Assembly (NCBI GenBank): GCA_964631625.1
Contig: CAZVZP010000001.1
Span: 1-47,801 of the forward strand
Reading direction: 5' to 3'
DNA: 47,801 nucleotides
Origin: an uncultured Hyphomicrobiales bacterium
Lineage (GTDB): Bacteria; Pseudomonadota; Alphaproteobacteria; UBA828; JAPUJA01
This document shows, in pieces, positions 41,626 through 47,801 of this stretch (the stretch's first letter is position 1; every line of letters starts with the position of its first letter). Below the pieces are notes generated by a model, which worked only from the letters and a program-made list of their open reading frames with translations, searched no databases and was not told the DNA's origin. A program made the position numbers and the translations under genes.

Positions 41626-43074
41626 TCAGCCTTCGAAGCGGACGAGCCGCGCGAGATCGGCGGCCACGCGCCGGAACACTCCGCTCCACTCCCCGGGCCG
41701 CTCCTGCCGGTAGAGGCGTGCCGTTGGATACCACGGGCTCTCGGTGCCCTGCGCCATCCAGCGCCAGTCGGGGGGGATCGGCACAAGAGTCCAGACCGGC
41801 TTGCCGAGCGCGCCCGCGAGATGAACCACGGCGCTGTCCACCGCAACGACGAGATCGAGCGCGGCGATCAGCGCGGCGTAGCGATCGAGGTCGCTCAAGG
41901 GATCGACGCCGTCGATGGGTTCGGGGACGAGACCGCCCGCGGCGGCGGACTCGGCACGCTCGTGCGCCCTATCCCCGTATTGCAAATCGACGAACCGAAC
42001 CCCCGTGATGCGCGCAAGGGGCTGCCAATCGGCGAGCGTGGTGGAGCGGCGCCGCCGTTCCATGCCTTCGCGCCCCCCCCGCCAGGCGATGCCGACGGCT
42101 AATCTCCCGGCCGCGGCGGCGCCGAGGCGCGCGCGAAACTCTTGCGTTGCGGCGTCCTCCGCCCGCAGATAGCCGGGCGTGCGCGGAAAGGCATCGCGCG
42201 AGCCGCGGAAGAGGCGCGGCAGGCTGCCGGCGGGAAGCCAGCATTCGGCGGGCGGCGGCGTCTCGCTCCCGGCACCCTCGCGGCGCGTACCCGAGACCTC
42301 GGCAGCCGGGAAGGAGCGGGCGAAGAGCGGCGCGAGCCTCGGCTCGCACACCACCACCGGCACGGCCCCGGCCGCGCTCAAGTCGGGCAGACAGGACGCG
42401 AACATGATCTCATCGCCCACCCCCTGCTCGCCGTAAATCAGAACACGCCGGCCCTCGGGCGCGCCGCCATCCCACAACGGCAAGGGCAGAGTCGGAAAGC
42501 GCACCTTGCCCGCGGCGATGCGCCAGGCGTAAGACGCCCAACCCCGCGCGAGGTCGCCCTCGAGCAGATACGCGAGCGCCCGGTTCCATTCCGCATGGGG
42601 CCAACGCGGCTTGAGCGCCAGCGCCCGCGCATAGCAGGCTATCGCCTCCTCCAAGCGCGCTTGCGCCCGGAGCGCGTTGCCGAGATTGCACCAGGCCGCC
42701 GCATGGCCGGGGTCGAGAGCCAGCGCCGCCCGATGCTCGGCCTCGGCCTGCGCAAAGTCGCCGAGCGCCTGCAGCGCTCCGCCCAGATTGTCGTGCGCCG
42801 AGATGGAATCGGGCTTGAGCCTAAGAGCCGCCCGCAAGGTGGCCGCCGCCTCGGCAAATTGCCCCGATTGGAGAAGCAAGGCGCCGAGATTGGCGGCAAT
42901 CGCCGGATCCTGCGGCGCGGATGCGTAGGCCTTGCGAAGCCACGCCTCGGCTTCGTCCAGGCGGCCTTGCGCGATCGCCGCAAGCCCCTGCCCGTGCCAG
43001 CTGCGCGCAGCCTCGATTCCGCCGGCTGCCGTCTCCTGCGGGCGCCCCCGAACCCCCTTGAAGGAATGCGTCAT
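41626..43074 (-). CDS. TPR repeat + GT9-like glycosyltransferase, paralog 3 of 5 (shortest TPR arm)
   Basis: 482 aa from ATG 43074, with an ATGA overlap onto the paralog 4 stop; the track fuses it into 41626..44499. Motifs are YGEQGVGDEIMF, IAWRGG, LDLVVAVDSAVVHLAGALGKPVWTLVPIPPDWRW and SPWYPT. Confidence 0.8.
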   Translation of the reverse strand: MTHSFKGVRGRPQETAAGGIEAARSWHGQGLAAIAQGRLDEAEAWLRKAYASAPQDPAIAANLGALLLQSGQFAEAAATLRAALRLKPDSISAHDNLGGALQALGDFAQAEAEHRAALALDPGHAAAWCNLGNALRAQARLEEAIACYARALALKPRWPHAEWNRALAYLLEGDLARGWASYAWRIAAGKVRFPTLPLPLWDGGAPEGRRVLIYGEQGVGDEIMFASCLPDLSAAGAVPVVVCEPRLAPLFARSFPAAEVSGTRREGAGSETPPPAECWLPAGSLPRLFRGSRDAFPRTPGYLRAEDAATQEFRARLGAAAAGRLAVGIAWRGGREGMERRRRSTTLADWQPLARITGVRFVDLQYGDRAHERAESAAAGGLVPEPIDGVDPLSDLDRYAALIAALDLVVAVDSAVVHLAGALGKPVWTLVPIPPDWRWMAQGTESPWYPTARLYRQERPGEWSGVFRRVAADLARLVRFEG

Positions 43075-44630
43075 CGAGCGCGGCCATCCGCAAGAGATCG
43101 CCGCAACGCGGCGAGCCGCTCCGCAGCGCGCTCCACCGCCGGGCTCCAATCCTCGCCTTGTCGCTGCCGGATCAACTCGACGCTCGGGTACCACAAACAG
43201 CGATCGCCCGTGCACTGCCAGCGCCAGCTCGGCACCGTCGGCACCAAGGTGAGCGTCGTCTTGCCGAGCGCGCCCGCGAGATGCACCGTGGTGTTGGCGA
43301 CCGAGACGACGAGATCGAGCGCGTCGATCAGGGCGCACAGCCCGTCGAGGTCCTGGTTTGGATCGTTTTCCGGAAAATCGTGGATCGCGATTCCCGTCGC
43401 GCTGCGCAGGGCCTCGATCTCGCCGCGGCAGTCGTCGTACTGGAGCGTCACGAAGTGGAGGCCCGGTGAGCGCAGGATCGGCTGCCAAGACTCGAGCGTC
43501 ATCCGCCGCAGATGCCGCTCCAGAGGCGACGCGCCGCCTCGCCACGAAATCCCGACCTTGAACCCCGGCCCGAGATCGACGAGGCGGGCGCGCCAAGATT
43601 CGACCGCGCGCGCATCGGGCACGAGATAGCGCGTGGGCGAGCGTTGGAAGCTCGCCGCGGTGGGACGGAAGTAGCGCGGCAGCGAGCCGATCGCGACCGC
43701 GTAGTCGACCGCGGGCTCCGGCCACCAGGCACCGGTGTCGGGCACACGGTCGGCCGTCACCTCGGCTTTGGCAAACGAGCGCGCAAACAGCGGCGCGATC
43801 CTGCCCCGGCATTGCACGAACACCCGGCCCGCGTGTGCCAGGAGCTCGGGCAGGCACGAGGCGAACATCACGATGTCGCCCGGGCCCTGCTCGCCGTAAA
43901 CCAGGATGCGCTTGCCCGACAGCGGCTCGCCCCGCCACTCGGGCGCGTTGAAGCGGCGCCACGCCGTGCGCTGCGCCTTCTCCTTCCAGCGGCCCTCGTA
44001 GGCCGGCCAGCCGCGGGCGAAATCGCCCGCAAGCAACAGCGTGAGCGCGCGGGTAAGCGGCGTTTCCGGGCACCCGGGATTGAGCGCGAGCGCGCGCTCG
44101 TAGCACGCGAGCGCATCCTCGAGACGGTCTTGTGCGCGGCACAGGTTGCCGAGGTTGGTCAGGATGGCCGGGTCGTCGGGCTCGAGCGCCTGGGCCCGCC
44201 TGAGCGCGGCCTCGGCATCCGCGAACGAGCCGAGCTCGTGGAGTGCGCTGCCGAGGTTGATCAGGACATCGACGGCGTCGGGATCGAAGCGCAAGGCACT
44301 GCGATAAGCCTCGACCGCGGCCCCGCGTTCGTCCGCTTCGCGCAGGAGATTGCCGAGATTGAAGTGGGCGAGCGCGTAATCGGGCGCGAGCGCAATCGCT
44401 TGGCGATAGAGCGCCAATGCGCAGTCGCGCTCGCCCCGCGCCTGCGCGAGCGCCGCGCGATTGAGCATGAGCCGCGGGTTGTCGGGTGCGAGCGCGCAAG
44501 CCGCGCTCATAGCGGCTTCCGCTTGCTCGAACCGGCGCTCGCGCAGCGCCGCCAGGCCTAGCGCGTTGAGCTGCTCGACGCGGGCCGCGTCGCTTGCGCT
44601 GAGCGAACTCGAACGGGCGGAGCGCGACAT
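43071..44630 (-). CDS. TPR repeat + GT9-like glycosyltransferase, paralog 4 of 5
   Basis: 519 aa from ATG 44630. Motifs are YGEQGPGDIVMF, ISWRGG, LDLVVSVANTTVHLAGALGKTTLTLVPTVPSWRW and CLWYPS. Confidence 0.8.
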   Translation of the reverse strand: MSRSARSSSLSASDAARVEQLNALGLAALRERRFEQAEAAMSAACALAPDNPRLMLNRAALAQARGERDCALALYRQAIALAPDYALAHFNLGNLLREADERGAAVEAYRSALRFDPDAVDVLINLGSALHELGSFADAEAALRRAQALEPDDPAILTNLGNLCRAQDRLEDALACYERALALNPGCPETPLTRALTLLLAGDFARGWPAYEGRWKEKAQRTAWRRFNAPEWRGEPLSGKRILVYGEQGPGDIVMFASCLPELLAHAGRVFVQCRGRIAPLFARSFAKAEVTADRVPDTGAWWPEPAVDYAVAIGSLPRYFRPTAASFQRSPTRYLVPDARAVESWRARLVDLGPGFKVGISWRGGASPLERHLRRMTLESWQPILRSPGLHFVTLQYDDCRGEIEALRSATGIAIHDFPENDPNQDLDGLCALIDALDLVVSVANTTVHLAGALGKTTLTLVPTVPSWRWQCTGDRCLWYPSVELIRQRQGEDWSPAVERAAERLAALRRSLADGRAR

Positions 44631-44652
44631 CAAGCCGGCCCGGGTGTGGTGC

Positions 44653-46338
44653 CTAGGCGGCGAGGCAGCGGGCGAGCCTTACGGCCACGCGCGCCAGCAC
44701 GGCGGCCCAGGGCTCGCCCGCGCTCTGGCGGATCAGCTCGACGCTCGGGTACCACGGGCTGTCGCTCCGTTCGACCATCCAGCGCCAGCTCGGCACCGCG
44801 GGCACGAGCGCCCACGTGGGCTTGCCGAGCGCGCCGGCGAAGTGGATGGTCGTGTTGGCGACCGAGACGACGAGATCGAGAGCATCGATCTGGGCCGCGA
44901 AGTCATCGAGGTTCTCGACCGCGCCCGGCCAGTCGGCAACGCGCACGCCGTGGGACTCGGCGAGCCGATCGAGCTCCTCGCGGCGCGGGCCGTATTGCAA
45001 ATTGACGAACACGATTCCCGGGGTGCGCAACAGCACGAGCCAATCCTCGAGTGCGGTGCCGCGCAGGTGGCGCTCGACCACGGTGGCGCCGCCCCGCCAC
45101 GAGACCCCGACCTTGAGACCCGGTCCCAAGGCCTCGAGCCGGCCGCGCCAGCGCACCACTCGCCGCGCGTCGGTTGCGAGGTAACGGCGCACGCCCGGAA
45201 ATGCCGCCTCCGAGCGGCGGAAGAACAGCGAAAGGCTGCCGATGGGCAGGACCGAATCGGTGTCCTCCGGCGCCGGCGCCGGCCGGCCGTCGGCCAGCCG
45301 CTCGCTGACCACGGTGATCCGGGGGAAGGAGCGCGCGAGCAGCGGCACGAGAGTGGGCGGGCACTGGACCGCGATGCGCGGCACCGCCGCCAGCGTCTCG
45401 GGCAGGCACGAGGCGAACATCACGACGTCGCCGGGCCCTTGCTCGCCGTAGAGCAGCAGACTCCCCGCGCCGAGCGGCACGCCCCGCCAGAGTGGCCGGC
45501 CGAACGCGCGCCGCAGCGAGGCCGGCTCCGACACCTCGAAGCGGGCTTCGTAGTCGGCCCAGCCCTGGGCGAAGTCGCCGAGGCCGAGCCGCACGACGCC
45601 GCGATTCAAGCGCAGCTCGGGCGAGGCGGGCGCGAGCGCCAGGCCCGCTTCGTAGGCCGCGAGCGCCTCATCGAAGCGGCCTTGAGCTCGAAGGCTGTTG
45701 CCGAGATTGCCGTGAATCTCGGACACCTCGGGAGAGAACGTCAGGGCGGCGCGAAACCTGCGCTCGGCCTCGACAAACGCGGCCGCGTCGTAAAGCGCGA
45801 GGCCCAGTGCATTCTGCGCCGCGGCGAGATCGGGTGCGCGGTCGGCCGCCCGCTCAAGCACCTCGATCGCTTCCTCGGTCTGCCCGTGGCGGCGCAAGGC
45901 GATGCCGAGATTGGTCAGAGTCTTCGCGTCGCTGGGATTGGCCGAAAGCGCGGCCCGCAGGCAATCGATCGCCTCCTCATAACGTGCGAGCCGGCACAGG
46001 GCCTCGCCTCGCCGCGATCGGTAGGAAACGTGATCGGGCGCGAGTGCGATCGCCCGGCTCCAATGGAGTTCGGCGGCCTCGGCATCGCCCAGCGCGAGTG
46101 CCAGCTCGGCCAAGTTGCCGTGCACGGGATGCAAAGCGGGCGCCAGCTTCGCCGCCTCTTCGAGGCAGCGGCGGCCTTCGCTCGCGTCGCCACGGCCCGC
46201 CAGAAGCGCAGCGAGATTGACGAGCACGGGCACCGGGCGCGCCTTGCCGGTTAGCAGCGAACGGTACAGGCGCTCCGCTTCCTCGAGCCGACCGGCTTGG
46301 TGTAGCTGGGCGGCACGATCAAACACCTCTCTCGACAT
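44653..46338 (-). CDS. TPR repeat + GT9-like glycosyltransferase, paralog 5 of 5
   Basis: 561 aa from ATG 46338, with GGAG 6 nt upstream; the track ORF starts at GTG 46359. Motifs are YGEQGPGDVVMF, VSWRGG, LDLVVSVANTTIHFAGALGKPTWALVPAVPSWRW and SPWYPS. Confidence 0.8.
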   Translation of the reverse strand: MSREVFDRAAQLHQAGRLEEAERLYRSLLTGKARPVPVLVNLAALLAGRGDASEGRRCLEEAAKLAPALHPVHGNLAELALALGDAEAAELHWSRAIALAPDHVSYRSRRGEALCRLARYEEAIDCLRAALSANPSDAKTLTNLGIALRRHGQTEEAIEVLERAADRAPDLAAAQNALGLALYDAAAFVEAERRFRAALTFSPEVSEIHGNLGNSLRAQGRFDEALAAYEAGLALAPASPELRLNRGVVRLGLGDFAQGWADYEARFEVSEPASLRRAFGRPLWRGVPLGAGSLLLYGEQGPGDVVMFASCLPETLAAVPRIAVQCPPTLVPLLARSFPRITVVSERLADGRPAPAPEDTDSVLPIGSLSLFFRRSEAAFPGVRRYLATDARRVVRWRGRLEALGPGLKVGVSWRGGATVVERHLRGTALEDWLVLLRTPGIVFVNLQYGPRREELDRLAESHGVRVADWPGAVENLDDFAAQIDALDLVVSVANTTIHFAGALGKPTWALVPAVPSWRWMVERSDSPWYPSVELIRQSAGEPWAAVLARVAVRLARCLAA

Positions 46339-46373
46339 CGGCCGCTCCACCGGCTCCACCGCCGTCCCCGCAC

Positions 46374-46396
46374 ATTAGGAAACCCGTGGTTAACGA
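46374..46396 (+). promoter_or_regulatory. Conserved 23-nt motif ATTAGGAAACCCGTGGTTAACGA (copy 2) in the TPR-GT5/fliK divergent region
   Basis: 20 of 23 positions are identical to the minus-strand reading of 19301-19323. Lies 36 bp from the paralog 5 ATG and about 150 bp upstream of the fliK sigma-54 promoter. Confidence 0.4.
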
Positions 46397-46544
46397 AGCT
46401 TTGCGGACCGTTCTCTGAGCAGCGCATCGAGCTTGCCGCCTCTGCCGATCAAGTTCTGCCGGGACTTCAAGGAAGCCTGGGACCAGCGCGCGCCGGCGGC
46501 CTCCATCGGCTGCCAAATCAAAGGCTTAAAGACCATCGCGGAGT

Positions 46545-46560
46545 TGGCCCGTCTCTTGCC
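46545..46560 (+). promoter_or_regulatory. Sigma-54 (-24/-12) promoter of fliK
   Basis: TGGCCCgtctcTTGCC, with correct GG-N10-GC spacing. Three TGCCG half-sites lie 85-110 bp upstream at 46434-46461. Confidence 0.55.
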
Positions 46561-46603
46561 TTCAGAAGGGGGCGCACCCGTTGCGCGAGCTTTGGAACTC
46601 GGC

Positions 46604-47801
46604 ATGACGCACGTGTTCAACATCTTCTCCGTGCTGGGCGCCGCCTCCGGCACGGCCGAGACACCGGCCGGCAGTTCGGCGCAGCCCGGCTTGTTCGGCG
46701 GGCTGCTCGAGGCCGTCTCGGCCCGTGCGCTCGCAGGCTTGGGCGTCTCGCTGCCGCAGGGTGCTGACGCACCCGGCATCGCTCCATTTGGCACCGCTGC
46801 CGCGAGCGACGAGCAGCCTGCGCCGGGTCCACAACCGTCGGGGGCCGCCGGCGAGAGCCCGCTTGCACCGGACAGCATCCCCGGAATTCCCGGACCCGCG
46901 CTCGCGTCGTTGACGACACCGTGGGAAGCGCCGGGCGAGGACGGAGACGGCGCAAGCAACGGCACACCTCTGCCCGGCGATGGCTTCCGTCTCGGGCGCC
47001 TCCCCGGCGGCCGGCCCTCGGTGCCGACAATGGCGTTGGACGGAACACGGGCGCAGCCCCACGTGCGCGAAGGTGCCCGCGCCGAACTGACGCTCGGGTC
47101 GGAGAAGCCTACGGAATTGCCTACGGAGCGGCCCGGCAACCCGGCTGCTCCGTCCGGGGATCCGCTCGCCCGGCTGCTCGAGGCCGGCCGGGCGCAGTTA
47201 TCCGGCGAGCGCACGCCGAGCTTGCCGCTACTACCCGAGCAGGCGGCCGCGCAGGCCCGCGAGGCGCTGCTCCGCGTCCAGGACAAAATCATTCAGCAGC
47301 GCCTGCAATCCGAGTCGCAGCCCTCGGCAATCGTCGGTGCACTATCCCATTTCCGGAATCGGGCCGGCGCGTTGACGACTGCTCCGCTTGCGGGTGCGAC
47401 GGGGGTGTCGCTGGCCTGGAGCGGCAAGGGGCACACCGACGCGACCGCCGAATCTCGGAGCGCGGTCTGGAGCACGCCAGAGCCCAAGCTCATTAGCGGC
47501 GAGGTGATACGCGCAATGCTCGCCCAACACGATACCGATATGGCGAGCCGAAGCGGCACGGGAACTGCCGGCGATCCTGCACTCGACACGCTTCGCCTCG
47601 ACCCGCCGGCACAGACGCCCGCGGCGACGCGCCTCTCCGCCGCACCGCTCGGCTCGGAGACGTTCGGCGCGACGCTTTCGCACACGATCGGCGATGCCGC
47701 GCACACCTACGCCAAGGCTGAGGCCGCACAGATGGCCCGCGCCTATCCGTCGCTTGCGACCGAGCAGGTCGCCGTTCATCTCGCCCATGCGGTGAAGGAG
47801 G
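46604..47801 (+). CDS. fliK: Flagellar hook-length control protein FliK (5' partial, continues past window end)
   Basis: An open frame from ATG 46604 to the window edge, absent from the ORF track because it has no stop. The protein is Pro/Ala/Gly/Ser-rich and disordered. The last residues, TEQVAVHLAHAVKE, match the start of the FliK C-terminal Flg_hook domain. The minus-strand track ORF 46390..47292 is its shadow. Confidence 0.7.
   Translation, partial: MTHVFNIFSVLGAASGTAETPAGSSAQPGLFGGLLEAVSARALAGLGVSLPQGADAPGIAPFGTAAASDEQPAPGPQPSGAAGESPLAPDSIPGIPGPALASLTTPWEAPGEDGDGASNGTPLPGDGFRLGRLPGGRPSVPTMALDGTRAQPHVREGARAELTLGSEKPTELPTERPGNPAAPSGDPLARLLEAGRAQLSGERTPSLPLLPEQAAAQAREALLRVQDKIIQQRLQSESQPSAIVGALSHFRNRAGALTTAPLAGATGVSLAWSGKGHTDATAESRSAVWSTPEPKLISGEVIRAMLAQHDTDMASRSGTGTAGDPALDTLRLDPPAQTPAATRLSAAPLGSETFGATLSHTIGDAAHTYAKAEAAQMARAYPSLATEQVAVHLAHAVKE

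Noticed and set aside
41626-44499. 957-aa ORF suggesting a single giant TPR protein.
   Set aside because: Its N-terminal half is an off-frame read through paralog 4 and is Arg-rich. The recognisable protein starts at ATG 43074, which is ATGA-coupled to the real paralog 4 frame (43071..44630).
46434-46461. An enhancer dyad for the fliK promoter.
   Set aside because: Only TGCCG half-sites in direct orientation are present, plus a poor left arm (GATCA). They are reported as weak support inside the sigma-54 finding rather than as a feature.
46390-47292. 300-aa minus-strand ORF in the right-hand region.
   Set aside because: The plus strand carries an open frame from ATG 46604 to the window edge whose end matches the FliK C-terminal domain. 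The minus ORF is Ser/Pro/Gly/Ala-rich shadow sequence.

Overview
GC-rich window with the gene order and gene set of an alphaproteobacterial flagellar supercluster (about 9.8-47.8 kb), preceded by about 9.7 kb of accessory and metabolic genes. No rRNA, tRNA, CRISPR array or mobile element was recognised.

Left part, 48-9634, all on the minus strand except csrA:
- PhyH-family oxygenase.
- Orphan DUF1116 (YlbE-like) protein.
- Seven head-to-tail GFA/CENP-V-family paralogs. The third carries an in-frame TAA.
- NmrA-like reductase.
- Stand-alone csrA on the plus strand.
- Three-gene NMT1/taurine-type ABC importer.

Flagellar part, in order:
- FlhB-C-terminal-like protein, a coupled unknown, fliO and fliP.
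- A 1112-aa secreted AMIN-like x2 plus TPR protein with cheZ and cheY.
- motE, a DUF6468-like gene, fliM and fliL.
- flgF, flgG, flgA and flgH.
- A dksA with a long basic N-terminal tail.
- fliX divergent from flgI, cheL (flgJ N-terminal domain), a flgN-like gene, flgK, flgL, fliW and a fliB-like gene.
- A flagellin locus (fliC, small ORF, giant fliD, fliS) embedded between five TPR + GT9-like glycosyltransferase paralogs and a GT8-like gene.
- The 5' part of fliK, which runs off the right edge.

Regulatory signals read directly from the sequence:
- Five near-consensus sigma-54 promoters, upstream of flgF, flgI, the TPR-GT operon, fliC and fliK.
- CGGCA-N5-TGCCG dyads about 80-130 bp upstream of four of these promoters (TGCCG half-sites only at fliK).
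- Three TTAA-N7-TTAA (CtrA-type) boxes.
- A 23-nt motif shared by two divergent intergenic regions.
- A GGA-in-loop hairpin plus a GGA-containing SD in the flagellin leader.

Best candidates for undescribed biology:
- The 7x GFA array and its operon.
- The five-paralog TPR-glycosyltransferase island wired to sigma-54.
- The 1008-aa FliD, which shares a 70-aa module with the flagellin variable region.
- The CsrA/FliW circuit in an alphaproteobacterial-type cluster.
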